Positions 1-9,652 of a stretch of DNA of 64,000 nt are shown one piece after another. Every line of letters begins with the position of its first letter. The first letter of the stretch is position 1. Under the pieces are notes generated by a model that saw only the letters and a list, made by a program, of their open reading frames with translations, was not told the origin of the DNA and made no database searches. The translations under genes and the position numbers were made by a program. This stretch comes from Candidatus Eiseniibacteriota bacterium (lineage in GTDB: Bacteria; Eisenbacteria; RBG-16-71-46). Where the stretch lies: contig JANLWX010000075.1 in assembly GCA_031364845.1 (NCBI GenBank), positions 7,687 to 71,686 on the forward strand, given 5' to 3'.

Positions 1-829
1 CGGGCGACGTCACATGGCGCAGCGTGCCGGACGAGCCCGGCGTTCCGAGTCCGTCGCCGCGCGACGTTCCACCGAGCTGCGGGCGGCGCGCCGCTTCCCG
101 ATCGCGCAAAGTGGCTGCGTCGCCGGGAAGCACGAGGTCCTGAACCCGCGTGAGCTGCAAGGGCCCCGTCTTCTCTTCGACCCACCGAATGTCGGGGCCG
201 CGGTTGATGCGCACGCCCTGGATATCGGCGGTGTTGTCGACGCGCCGCGGATTGCGGATCTGGGTTGCCGCGGTCGCGGGATCGAGGATCTTCGTGCTCA
301 TCGCGGGCGAGCCCATCGCGCTCACCGGGACATAGTTGAACGCGCTGGTCGGAAGATTCGAGTACGACCCGCCGCGCGGATACTGAGGCGCCCAGCCCAC
401 GTATTCGTCGGTGGTCTCCCAGTTGACCCACGCCGGTCCCCACTCGGTGCCCGGCACCCACACCCAGTTCTGGAATCGGTCGTAGAGCCAGGTGCCGTAG
501 TGATAGGTCGCCCACCCGAAGGGCTCGGACGATATCCACGTCCAGCCGTAGACATCGGTCGGCGTCCAGAACCCGTCCTCGAACGGGCGCCACGCGACCG
601 GGTTCACGCGCGGCCGGAACACATAGCCGAACGGCTCGATCAGCACCCAGTCGCCGTATTCACCGAGCGAATCGTAAAAAATGCGGTACTCGGGCAGCAG
701 CGAGGCGCGCGCGGCCGGCATCGACTCGCGCTCCGCGACGATGGACCCGGCCGCGCACGACATGAGCGCAAACGGGAGCACGACGAGAGTGACGAACTGG
801 GCGACACATCGGAGCGGGGATCGGTTCAT
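1..829 (-). CDS. DUF6600-like lipoprotein (3' end runs off the window)
   Basis: Not in the ORF track; translated manually from ATG 829: MNRSPLRCVAQFVTLVVLPFALMSC (lipobox-like), then FYDSLGEYGDWV..YVFRP..WRPF.DGFW..YGWTWIS.EPFGWATYHYG.W..WVWVPG.EWGPAWV, the aromatic-rich DUF6600 pattern. Confidence 0.8.
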   Translation of the reverse strand, partial: MNRSPLRCVAQFVTLVVLPFALMSCAAGSIVAERESMPAARASLLPEYRIFYDSLGEYGDWVLIEPFGYVFRPRVNPVAWRPFEDGFWTPTDVYGWTWISSEPFGWATYHYGTWLYDRFQNWVWVPGTEWGPAWVNWETTDEYVGWAPQYPRGGSYSNLPTSAFNYVPVSAMGSPAMSTKILDPATAATQIRNPRRVDNTADIQGVRINRGPDIRWVEEKTGPLQLTRVQDLVLPGDAATLRDREAARRPQLGGTSRGDGLGTPGSSGTLRHVTSP

Positions 830-1070
830 GGGCGGGTGCCAAAGATCGGTCTGGAGGAAGTTCGTTCAGGCGGGAGCGTTGACGACGAGCTTCCGCCGGG
901 GAGGGAGCGTGAGTCAAGCGACAGCCACATGGAGCGTTTCGAAGTCCCGGACCCGCCAACGCAGGATTCCGTCTTCGGCAGGCGCGTTCCTTGCGAAATA
1001 CCCTGCGTCGCGCCCGATTTGGGCGCAAAAGTGAAGCGATTGCCGACACCCGTGAAAAAAGGAATTTGCC

Positions 1071-1196
1071 ATGCGTCGTGCCACCTATCTCGCTCTATTA
1101 TTCGCCCTCGTCCTGCTGCTGATGGATTCCTCGGTCCCGAAATCCACGCACTCGGACGCACACGCGGCGAAGAGCGGAGCCGCGGTCCGCAAATAA
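1071..1196 (+). CDS. Putative 41-aa secreted or membrane peptide
   Basis: AAAGGA RBS-like sequence upstream; MRRATYLALLFALVLLLMDSSVPKSTHSDAHAAKSGAAVRK has a basic n-region and a hydrophobic h-region; too short for the ORF track. Confidence 0.45.
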   Translation: MRRATYLALLFALVLLLMDSSVPKSTHSDAHAAKSGAAVRK

Positions 1197-1221
1197 TTCT
1201 AAGCCTTCGCGGGGCGCGCCC

Positions 1222-2244
1222 ATGATGAGAAGCTCCATCACATGGAACACCGACTGTCAGCCTCTGGAACGCCTGCAGTTCGATGCGGCCGGGCTGATGA
1301 AGCAGCATCCTCCGGTGGCGGGTTCCCGCAACAAGAAAATCGTGCTCGGTGTTGCGTGCCCCAAGGGGGCGACGCACGGCGGCCGCATCGAGTACAGCCG
1401 CTGGCCGACTCTGACGATCGAGCCCGGGGCTGAGATCGCCGACCACGGCACGCGCAACGTCGGGCGCTCGGGGTTCTACGACTACGCGCACGAACGCGAT
1501 CTTCCACAGGCGACCGAGTGGCACGTCAACTTCGCCGACCCGCACCTGTTCGGCGCCTATGACTCACCGCTCTTCGCCCAGGACGAGATGCAGGTTGCCG
1601 AACACCCGGCACTGGGCGCCGTGCGTGAAGCGCTTCTCGCCCGCGGCCTTCCCGCGCTGACCAGCGAATTCGAGAAGCCGACGCCGGTCCTCATTCGGGG
1701 AGTCGAGCGCCGATGCTGCGTGTCGACCGAACCCGACGCCTCGCGGGGGCGGCCGCACGGACTCTACGGAAACCAATTCCATATCGCCGTACCCGATGCG
1801 ATCGAACGCGCGACGCGAAGGATCGAACCGCCCACGATCACGAACCTGATCGCGATGGCGGCGCCCGCGGGCCGGCACGGCACCTACACCGCCGAGGACG
1901 TTGTCCTGGTGCTCCTGACGGCGTACACCGGCTTTCGCGTAGCGGTGGCCGAGTCGGTTCGAGCCGGACGAACCGACCTGCCGGTCGTCGTCCACACCGG
2001 CTACTGGGGGTGCGGCGCGTTCGGCGGCAATCGCGTGATGATGGCGATGCTGCAGATGATCGCGGCCGAGCTGGCGGATGTGGATCGTCTCGTGTTCCAC
2101 ACCGGTAGCGACGGCGCGCGCGAGTTCGCGACCGCGCGCGAAACACTGGCTCGCGTGCTGGAGATCCCCGGGAACACGCTGCGCGAGCGGATCGTTCAGA
2201 TCGCCGCCCTCCGTCTCGCGTGGGGCGAGGGCAACGGGACCTAG
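1222..2244 (+). CDS. Poly(ADP-ribose) glycohydrolase (canonical PARG-like macrodomain) protein
   Basis: VNFAD...FAQDEMQVAEHP and HTGYWGCGAFGGN resemble the PARG DFAN..QEE and TGNWGCGAFGG motifs. Confidence 0.7.
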   Translation: MMRSSITWNTDCQPLERLQFDAAGLMKQHPPVAGSRNKKIVLGVACPKGATHGGRIEYSRWPTLTIEPGAEIADHGTRNVGRSGFYDYAHERDLPQATEWHVNFADPHLFGAYDSPLFAQDEMQVAEHPALGAVREALLARGLPALTSEFEKPTPVLIRGVERRCCVSTEPDASRGRPHGLYGNQFHIAVPDAIERATRRIEPPTITNLIAMAAPAGRHGTYTAEDVVLVLLTAYTGFRVAVAESVRAGRTDLPVVVHTGYWGCGAFGGNRVMMAMLQMIAAELADVDRLVFHTGSDGAREFATARETLARVLEIPGNTLRERIVQIAALRLAWGEGNGT

Positions 2245-2264
2245 GCGGTGTCTCAGACACCGCC
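2244..2264. terminator. Hairpin between convergent genes (possible bidirectional terminator or REP-like repeat)
   Basis: GGCGGTGTCT-C-AGACACCGCC perfect inverted repeat; no U-tract. Confidence 0.5.
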
Positions 2265-2266
2265 GC

Positions 2267-2764
2267 TCAGCGTCCTTCGAATCTCCGCACCGCCGGCACC
2301 GCTGCCGCGCGCACCAGTCCGTCGTTGTCGTCGAGCAGGCGCCGCAGCGCCGGCAGTTCGTCACGGCTCCCGAAGCGCTGCGCGATCTCGCATGCCCACA
2401 CGCGATGGCGCGGGTGCGAGTCGCGGCACCACAGGTCGAACAGCCGGCTCCACGTTCGCATCGAGGCGGTTTCGCGCAGCACCCACGCCGCCTCGTCACG
2501 CACGGCTTCCTCAGGATCGCTGCGGTAGAGGCGGAACACCGGCTCGAAGTCGGCATCGCTCCACAGACGCCTCAGCGCGTGGACGACCGCGAGACGCACC
2601 TTGGCCGACTCCGCGCTGACGAGCGCCACGATGTCGTCGTGCACTTCACGCATGACGAGCGTGGCCGCGCGGGCGCACGCGAGGGCGACCACGTCCTCGT
2701 CGTCCTCCGCCAGCCGCGCACGGATGAATGCGGGATTGCCCGCCGGCAGGCGCTCGATCGGCAT
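2267..2764 (-). CDS. HEAT-repeat protein
   Basis: Repeated VRxAAxxAL-type helices (VRLAVVHAL, DPEEAVRDEAAWVL, DDNDGLVRAAAVPAV); ATG 2764 lies just after the TRAP permease stop. Confidence 0.75.
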   Translation of the reverse strand: MPIERLPAGNPAFIRARLAEDDEDVVALACARAATLVMREVHDDIVALVSAESAKVRLAVVHALRRLWSDADFEPVFRLYRSDPEEAVRDEAAWVLRETASMRTWSRLFDLWCRDSHPRHRVWACEIAQRFGSRDELPALRRLLDDNDGLVRAAAVPAVRRFEGR

Positions 2765-2769
2765 CTGCC

Positions 2770-4560
2770 CTACTTCGCGAACTTCAGCAGGCCGGTGGTG
2801 AGCCACGGCACGTACGTGATGACGAGCACGCCGATCAGAAGGATCAGCAGCATCGGCAGCGAAGCGCGCGCGACTTCGAGCACCGGCTTGTTGAAGCGAT
2901 AGGACGACAGGAACAGGTTGAGCCCGACCGGCGGCGTGAGGTAGCCGAGCTCGAGATTCGCGATGAAGATGATCCCGAGATGGACCGGGTGAATGCCGAA
3001 CGCGAGTCCGAGCGGCACGATCAGCGGCACGACCACGACGATCGCCGAGTAGATGTCGAGCAGGCAGCCGACGACCAGCAGGAACACGTTGAGCGCGAGC
3101 AGGAACACGAGCGGCGAATGCACGTGCGCCTGGGTCCAGGCGACGAGCCGCGCGGGGACTTCGGCGTCGACCATGTAACTCGAGAGTCCCATCGCCACTC
3201 CAAGGATCACGAGCACGCCGCCGATCAGCACCACCGACTGGTGCAGAACGCGTGGGATGTCGCGCGTGAGTGACAGGTCCTTCTTGATGAACACCTGGAC
3301 CACGAACGCGTAGAGCGCAGTGAGCGCCGAGGCCTCGACGATGGTCGCGAAGCCGCCGAAGATCGCGAGCATCACGACCACCGGCAGCATCAACTCGAAC
3401 GCCGCGTCCTTGAGCGACGCGATCGCCGCATCGAACCGGAACGGATGCCGTCCCGCGCCGGTGAGCATGCCTTCACGCGCGCCCCATGCCGCGACCATGC
3501 CGAGCAGCAGCACGCCGGGCAGGATGCCGCCGATGAACAGGTGCTCGATCGGAATCTGGGCGACGACACCGTAGAGGATCAGCGGCAGCGAGGGCGGAAA
3601 CAGAAGCCCGAGCGAGCCGCACGCGGTCAGCAGTCCGAGCGAGAAGCGGTCGCGATAACGGTCCTGCTGCAGCGCCTGATAGAGCAGCGCGCCGAGTGCG
3701 AGGATCGTCACGCCGGAACCGCCGGTGAACGCGGTGAAGAACGCGCACACGATCGCGACCACCACCGCCGTGCCGCCGGGGATCCAGCCGAAGAACGCGC
3801 GGAACACGCCGACCAGCCGCTCGGAGGCCTTGCCTTCGGACAGCAGGTAACCGGTGAGCGTGAACAGCGGCACCGCGGCGAGCGTGGGGGAGACCGCGAG
3901 CCGATAGGTCTCGACCGGCATCGCCGCGATCGGCACGCCGTTGCTCATGAACAGGAACACCGCGATGCCGCCGAGCGTGGCGAAGATCGGGCCGCCCAGC
4001 ACGGTGCCGATCAGTACCACGACCATCGCCGGCCACGCCGGCTTCGCTTCGAAGAACTGCGGGTACTGTCCGATCCACAACCCGATCGCGATCCCGGTCG
4101 CCGCGATCGCGCGGCCGGGCCAGCGTGTGTCGGCGCGCCACACCAGCCACAGCGCGATGATCAGAAACGACAGCGGCAGCACGAGCTGCGTGATCCAGGT
4201 GGGCACGCCCGCGACGACGGTCTGCGACTCGCGCTCGATCAGCACCATCTGGAGCGAGGCGCGGAACAGCAGCATGGTGACCGCCGAGGCGATCAGCGCC
4301 GCGACGACCTGAGCGGTGCGCCGCACGCCGCCTTCCGGCAGGAACTCCGCGGTCGCGAGGGTGAGCAGCCGGCCCTCGCGCGCGGCGATCGCCGCGCCGA
4401 GGAAGCCGACCCACAACGTCAGGTGCTGGACGAACGGTCCCGAGCCCTGGATGCCGATCTTGAACACCAGCCGCCACACGATTTCGGCAAGCGGCAGCAC
4501 CACCATCGCGGCAAGCGCGAATCCGGCGGCGGCGGACTCGAGGCGGCCGAAGAATTTCAG
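2770..4560 (-). CDS. dctM: TRAP transporter fused small/large permease (DctQM)
   Basis: GSLGLLFPPSLPLILYG and LGYLTPPVGLNLF DctM motifs with an N-terminal DctQ-like part; in-frame CTG 4560 overlaps the dctP stop (track start 4506). Confidence 0.9.
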   Translation of the reverse strand: MKFFGRLESAAAGFALAAMVVLPLAEIVWRLVFKIGIQGSGPFVQHLTLWVGFLGAAIAAREGRLLTLATAEFLPEGGVRRTAQVVAALIASAVTMLLFRASLQMVLIERESQTVVAGVPTWITQLVLPLSFLIIALWLVWRADTRWPGRAIAATGIAIGLWIGQYPQFFEAKPAWPAMVVVLIGTVLGGPIFATLGGIAVFLFMSNGVPIAAMPVETYRLAVSPTLAAVPLFTLTGYLLSEGKASERLVGVFRAFFGWIPGGTAVVVAIVCAFFTAFTGGSGVTILALGALLYQALQQDRYRDRFSLGLLTACGSLGLLFPPSLPLILYGVVAQIPIEHLFIGGILPGVLLLGMVAAWGAREGMLTGAGRHPFRFDAAIASLKDAAFELMLPVVVMLAIFGGFATIVEASALTALYAFVVQVFIKKDLSLTRDIPRVLHQSVVLIGGVLVILGVAMGLSSYMVDAEVPARLVAWTQAHVHSPLVFLLALNVFLLVVGCLLDIYSAIVVVVPLIVPLGLAFGIHPVHLGIIFIANLELGYLTPPVGLNLFLSSYRFNKPVLEVARASLPMLLILLIGVLVITYVPWLTTGLLKFAK

Positions 4561-5630
4561 CGGCTCGCTCCGCTGCTGCGCAGGGCACGGAAGGCATTGC
4601 GCTCACGCATCGCGAGGTCCGCGATCTCGGGTGGCACGATGTTGCCGCGCATCTTGCCGGCGAACTCGTCTGCGACTTTGCGCCATGCGGCGAGTTCCGC
4701 GGGCTTGATGTCGATCACCTTGAGGCCGCGGCTCTGCATCTCGCGGACCGACGACGAATCCTGCGCCGGCACGTCCTTCATCAGGCGCGTCTCGGCTTTG
4801 GCGCACGCCTTCTCCATCACGGCGCGATCGGCGGCGGAGATCTTGTTCCACGCGGACTTCGTCATCACGAGCCCGCCGACCAGCGGACCGAGACCGGCAT
4901 TCGCCATGTACGGCACCTGACGGAACCACTGCAGTGAATTCGCGGCGAGCGGCGTGGTCGGAAGCAGATCGATCATGCCGGTATTGAGTCCCGGCAGGAT
5001 GTCGGTCGCGGCGAGCGCTACCGGGTGGAAACCCGACGACTTCCATGACTGCACCATGCGATCGTCGCCGGCCCACGCGAACATCTTCGCCTTCTTGAGA
5101 TCGGCGAGGGTCGAGATCGGCTGCTTGCTGAAGAAGTAGACCCAGCCGCCGTGCCCCCAGTTCGCGAGCACGAAGCCCTTGGCTTCGAGCCGCTGGCGGA
5201 GCAGCGGCTCCATCTTGTCGAGCACGTAGAACAACTCGGCATACGAATCGAACATGATCGGCGTGGCGAACACGTTGAAGGCATCGTCGATGTCGGCGAG
5301 CCCGGTGATCGTGAGTGCCGCCGCCTGGATCTGCCCGATGCGCATCTTGCGCACCATGTCGGGCTCATCGCCGGCGACACCGCCGGGATAGATCCGCAGT
5401 CCGACGCGGTTCGCCGTACCGCGGCTCCATTCGTCGCCCATGTCGCGCAGCACCTTGTGCCACACCGAGCCGTCCGGAACCAGCGTGGCGAGCTTGATCA
5501 CGGTCGGCGCCTGCGCCTGCGCGCGCGATGCGGGCATCGCGATGCCGATGGCGAACACCATCGAGAGAACGCCGAGCACACGGAGTGCAGGGCGCGAGAA
5601 ACGTCGGGGACCGCTCGGGTATGAGTTCAT
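4557..5630 (-). CDS. dctP: TRAP substrate-binding protein DctP (TatP type)
   Basis: Signal peptide; IKLATLVPDGSVW and IYPGGVAGDE..MVRKMRIGQ motifs. Confidence 0.9.
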   Translation of the reverse strand: MNSYPSGPRRFSRPALRVLGVLSMVFAIGIAMPASRAQAQAPTVIKLATLVPDGSVWHKVLRDMGDEWSRGTANRVGLRIYPGGVAGDEPDMVRKMRIGQIQAAALTITGLADIDDAFNVFATPIMFDSYAELFYVLDKMEPLLRQRLEAKGFVLANWGHGGWVYFFSKQPISTLADLKKAKMFAWAGDDRMVQSWKSSGFHPVALAATDILPGLNTGMIDLLPTTPLAANSLQWFRQVPYMANAGLGPLVGGLVMTKSAWNKISAADRAVMEKACAKAETRLMKDVPAQDSSSVREMQSRGLKVIDIKPAELAAWRKVADEFAGKMRGNIVPPEIADLAMRERNAFRALRSSGASR

Positions 5631-6583
5631 CGCTTGGAGTTTTCCTGGGGTAACGGGGAGTCGGTGGGTTCGTCGAGGAACAGATCATCGGCGTGCGCCA
5701 GCAACCAGCGCGCCTTCTTCTGAACGACGAGGTTGGCGAGCCGGTTCGGGGGATCGGCGTTGGGATCGATTGCGAGCGCGCGTTCGAGCAGCTCGGCGAA
5801 TTCCTTGCGGTTCTGGGTCTGCACCGAAACGTTCTCGGCCAGCGTCAGGTAGGTGCTCGCGCGCTTGCCCTGCGAGAGCGTGAGCGTCTGTTCGTAGTGC
5901 TGGCGCGCGCGATCGATCGATCCGCCCATCATCGCGGGCACCGATTCGAGCACGATCATCGCTTCGTGGATCGCGCCGTGTTCGTAAGCGGGGTCGAGCG
6001 CCAGCCCGCGGTTCATGAGCGCGCGGACCACGCCAATGTCGGCCAGCAACTCGGGATGATCCTTGCCGACGCCGATCGCCGAGCCCCACGCGGCGGCGAC
6101 CCAGTACAGCATGTCGAGGTCCTTCTTGTTCAGCTTGGCCGCTGCCGCTTCGGGGTCGGTCGACAGCGCGCGCCCGATCCCCGGGTGCGCGAGTTCGAGG
6201 CCGCGCACGCCGTAGTCGCGCGCGCGCAGGTAGAGGCCGAGGGAGCGCTCGCGCAATTCCTTCGCGCGTTCGTAGTCGGAACCTTCGATGTAGTCGGCGT
6301 CGATCTGGACGAACGCGACGCCGTACTGCGTGAAGCCGCGGCACGCGGCGAGCAACAGGTTACGGTTCTTGGGCACGACGCCGAGCAGCGACTCGATCGT
6401 CTTGAGCCCGAACGGCAGCGCCTCGCGCACCAACTCGGGATCGTTGTCGGTCGCGAACACGTCCTGGCCGCCCGCCATCGCGTTGCCGATGCCGTTCGCC
6501 GCCATCCGGTTGATCGAGCAGCCGGAGCTGCCCGCGGCGAGCGCCAGCATGACGAGCGCGGCCGCGAATCCATTCACCTTCAT
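5627..6583 (-). CDS. TRAP transporter TatT component (TPAT lipoprotein)
   Basis: Lipobox SSGC; DPELVREALPFGLK and LYLRARDYG; TPR-like helices; directly upstream of dctP. Confidence 0.85.
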   Translation of the reverse strand: MKVNGFAAALVMLALAAGSSGCSINRMAANGIGNAMAGGQDVFATDNDPELVREALPFGLKTIESLLGVVPKNRNLLLAACRGFTQYGVAFVQIDADYIEGSDYERAKELRERSLGLYLRARDYGVRGLELAHPGIGRALSTDPEAAAAKLNKKDLDMLYWVAAAWGSAIGVGKDHPELLADIGVVRALMNRGLALDPAYEHGAIHEAMIVLESVPAMMGGSIDRARQHYEQTLTLSQGKRASTYLTLAENVSVQTQNRKEFAELLERALAIDPNADPPNRLANLVVQKKARWLLAHADDLFLDEPTDSPLPQENSKR

Positions 6584-6599
6584 CGTGGAACGCACCTCT

Positions 6600-8306
6600 T
6601 TAGAGACCTTTGTACTGGGGTCCGCCGCCGCCTTCGGGCGTGACCCACGTGATGATCTGGTAGGGATCGGCGATGTCGCAGGTCTTGCAGTGGACACAGT
6701 TGGACGCGTTGATCTGCAGCCGCAGCGCGCCCGGTCCGCTCGCTTCATCGGGCACCATCTCGTAGACGTTGGCGGGGCAGAAGTGCTGGCACGGGTTGCC
6801 GAACTCCGAGCGGCACTTGGTCGCGCACACGCTGGTGTCGGCGACGACCAGATGGACCGGTTGGTCCTCGTCGTGCGACGTGCCCGAAAGATAGACATCC
6901 GCGAGCTTGTCGAACGTGAGCACCCCGTCGTACTTCGGCGCCGGCGACTTGCCGTTCGGATGCGTGTGCGCGAGCCGTCGCATCTGTTCGTGTCCCGCGT
7001 GATTCGGCGCGCGGTCGCGCAGCAGCCAGTCGCGCCCGCCGGTCAGCATCCCCACGCCGACGTTGAACATGCCGGCGAACAGCCCGTGCTCGAAGCCCTG
7101 GTGGAAGTTCCGCACGCCGCGCAATTCGTCGGCGGCCCACGAACTCTCGAAACGCCGCCCGTAACCCGCGAGGCGCTCCTTCGAGAAGTCGCCCGCGACC
7201 AGGCACTCGAACAGCGTCTCCGCCGCGAGCATTCCGGACTTGATCGCGAGATGCACGCCCTTCAACCGCGCGCCGTTGAGGAATCCGCCGGTGTCGCCGC
7301 ACAACAGCAGGCCGTCCGACGAGAGTTTCGGCATCGCCCACCAGCCGCCTTCGGGAATCGCCTTGGCGCCATAGGACACCGGCTTGCCGCCTTCGAGCAG
7401 CGCGCGCATGAACGGGTGCGACTTCATGCGCTGCAGATTCGCATGCGGATCGCTCGTCGGGTCGTGCGCATCGAGCCCCGTCACGAACCCCACCGCCCAG
7501 TGCGTGTCGTCCATGCCGTACACGAAGCCGCCGCCGAACGTGTCGTTCGAAAGCGGGAAGCCCATGGTGTGGATCACGCGGCCCTTCTGAACGCGGCCGG
7601 CCGGCATTTCCCACAGTTCCTTCACGCCGGTCGCATACACCTGAGGATTCTTCCCGGCCGTCAGCCCGAGCACCGGCTCGAGCGCCTTGGCGATCGTTCC
7701 GCGCGGGCCTTCGCACAGCACCGTGCACTTCGCGTGGCAGTCCGCGCCCGGCTGGTAGTTCGGCTTCTTTTCGCCCTTGCGGTTCACACCCTTGTCGCCG
7801 GTGCGCACGCCGAGCACGCGGCCGCCTTCGACCAGCGCGCTCGCCGCCGGCATCTCGGTGGCGACCAGCACGCCTTTGGCTTCGGCGACCTCCGCCATCC
7901 ATGCGCACAATTTTCCGAGCGACAGCAGGTGATTGCCGTGATTCGCGAGCATGGGCGGAGTGAGCGGCAGTCGGAACTGACTCTCGCCTGTGAACATGTA
8001 GACATCGTCGGAGGTGACGTCGGCCGCGATCGGACAGCCCTGCTCGCGATAGTCGGGCATCAGTTCGCGGATCGCGCGCGGGTCCATGACCGCGCCCGAG
8101 ATGCCGTGGGCGCCGACCGTCGCCGCCTTTTCGAGCACCGCGATCGTGATCTCGCCGAGTAGTGTGCCCGGCGCCCCGGCCGCGATCTTCTGGTCGTGGC
8201 TCGCGATCAGGTTCGAAAGATGGATCGCGCCCGCAAGACCCGCCGGGCCCGCGCCGATGAACTGGACGTCGAATTCGAGGACTTCGCGTTCCACGTCCGC
8301 TCCCAC
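6600..8306 (-). CDS. Electron transfer flavoprotein-ubiquinone oxidoreductase
   Basis: GAGPAGL FAD motif, IPEGG, KGVHLAIKSG, C-terminal CPANVYE..NCVHCKTCDIADP..PEGGGGP. Confidence 0.93.
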   Translation of the reverse strand: MGADVEREVLEFDVQFIGAGPAGLAGAIHLSNLIASHDQKIAAGAPGTLLGEITIAVLEKAATVGAHGISGAVMDPRAIRELMPDYREQGCPIAADVTSDDVYMFTGESQFRLPLTPPMLANHGNHLLSLGKLCAWMAEVAEAKGVLVATEMPAASALVEGGRVLGVRTGDKGVNRKGEKKPNYQPGADCHAKCTVLCEGPRGTIAKALEPVLGLTAGKNPQVYATGVKELWEMPAGRVQKGRVIHTMGFPLSNDTFGGGFVYGMDDTHWAVGFVTGLDAHDPTSDPHANLQRMKSHPFMRALLEGGKPVSYGAKAIPEGGWWAMPKLSSDGLLLCGDTGGFLNGARLKGVHLAIKSGMLAAETLFECLVAGDFSKERLAGYGRRFESSWAADELRGVRNFHQGFEHGLFAGMFNVGVGMLTGGRDWLLRDRAPNHAGHEQMRRLAHTHPNGKSPAPKYDGVLTFDKLADVYLSGTSHDEDQPVHLVVADTSVCATKCRSEFGNPCQHFCPANVYEMVPDEASGPGALRLQINASNCVHCKTCDIADPYQIITWVTPEGGGGPQYKGL

Positions 8307-8307
8307 G

Positions 8308-9294
8308 TCAGACCGGCCACGTCGCGGCGGGGCCGGCTTCGGTGCGCATCGCATGTTCGTGCGCCTGCGCATCGAGCCAGCGTTCGGCCTCGATCGCCGC
8401 CATGCAGCCGGTGCCGGCGGCGGTGACCGCCTGGCGATAGACCGCATCCGCGACATCGCCGGCCGCGAACACGCCCGGGATCGAGGTGCGCGCGGTCCCC
8501 GGCACGACCTGCAGATATCCGCGTTCATCCATCGGCAGCTGCCCCTTCAGGAATTTCGTGTTGGGCTCGTGCCCGATCGCGACGAACACGCCGTTGATCG
8601 GATGCTCGGTGATCTCACCGGTGATCGTGTCGCGCAGCTTCACGCCTTCGACCTTCTTCTGCTTCTCACCGAGGATCTCCGCGACTTCGCTGTTCCAGAT
8701 GAAGCGGATCTTCGGATTCCGCAGCGCGCGCTCCTGCATGATCTTCGATGCCCGCAGCGTGTCGCGCCGGTGGACGACCACGACTTCGCTCGTGAAGCGT
8801 GTCAGGTAGTTTGCCTCTTCCATCGCCGTGTCACCGCCGCCCACCACCATCACACGCTGGTTCTTGAAGAAGAACCCATCGCACGTCGCGCACGCGGACA
8901 CGCCGAATCCCATGAAGTCGGGCTCGCTCGGAATCTCGAGCAACTTGGCCGAAGCTCCGGTCGCGACGATCACGGTGCGCGCCTCGAAGTGCTTGCCGCA
9001 GTCGGTCCACACGCCGAAGGGATGCGTCGAGAAATCGACGCGCTCGACGTGGAGCTGCAGGAGCTCGGTGCCGAAGCGCAGGATCTGATCGCGCATGACC
9101 TCCATCAGTTCCGGGCCCATGATCGGTTCGCGAAAGCCGGGATAGTTCTCGACCTCGGTCGTGATCGTGAGCTGCCCGCCCGGCTGGTGGCCGGCGAGCA
9201 GGAGCGGGTGGAGGTTGGCGCGCGCGGTGTAGAGCGCGGCCGTGTACCCGGCCGGGCCCGAGCCGAGGATCACGACATCATGGATGCGGGACAC
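8308..9294 (-). CDS. trxB: Thioredoxin-disulfide reductase
   Basis: GSGPAGYTAA, ENYPGF, SACATCDG, GGGDTAMEEA, YRQAVTAAG. Confidence 0.97.
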   Translation of the reverse strand: MSRIHDVVILGSGPAGYTAALYTARANLHPLLLAGHQPGGQLTITTEVENYPGFREPIMGPELMEVMRDQILRFGTELLQLHVERVDFSTHPFGVWTDCGKHFEARTVIVATGASAKLLEIPSEPDFMGFGVSACATCDGFFFKNQRVMVVGGGDTAMEEANYLTRFTSEVVVVHRRDTLRASKIMQERALRNPKIRFIWNSEVAEILGEKQKKVEGVKLRDTITGEITEHPINGVFVAIGHEPNTKFLKGQLPMDERGYLQVVPGTARTSIPGVFAAGDVADAVYRQAVTAAGTGCMAAIEAERWLDAQAHEHAMRTEAGPAATWPV

Positions 9295-9652
9295 AGGTGC
9301 TCCTGATGAGAAGGGGTTCGCGAGTTCGGCGTGGCAAGCGGACGCCCAGGGTTCGATTCGCCGGCGGATTCTAGCCGGGACGATTCATCGACCGCCAGCC
9401 GGTTTGCCGGGTGCTATTGGATGTGCGGGTGGATGCATCGATCGCGAGCGGGTCCGATGTCCGTTCGCGGTGAAGTGCCGCGCCTCGCCGCCTGCGGGCC
9501 AAAGTCGATTTGCAGCGCCGGTTTCGCGCGCGGCGGGGCGACCGCGGACCCACAGGTGCTCCGCGCGGTTCCCGCGTGCTAACGTGACGGCCTCCGAAAC
9601 GCCGCGACCGTTTGCGGCCCTTTCCTGCGTCCTTCGACCCTTATAAGAGTCC

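Noticed and set aside
14-1225. 403-aa plus-strand ORF and many other long Arg/Ala-rich ORFs in the track (e.g. 6330-8162, 21989-23737, 32885-34936)
   Set aside because: Antisense or off-frame shadows of real genes in high-GC DNA; no recognisable motifs
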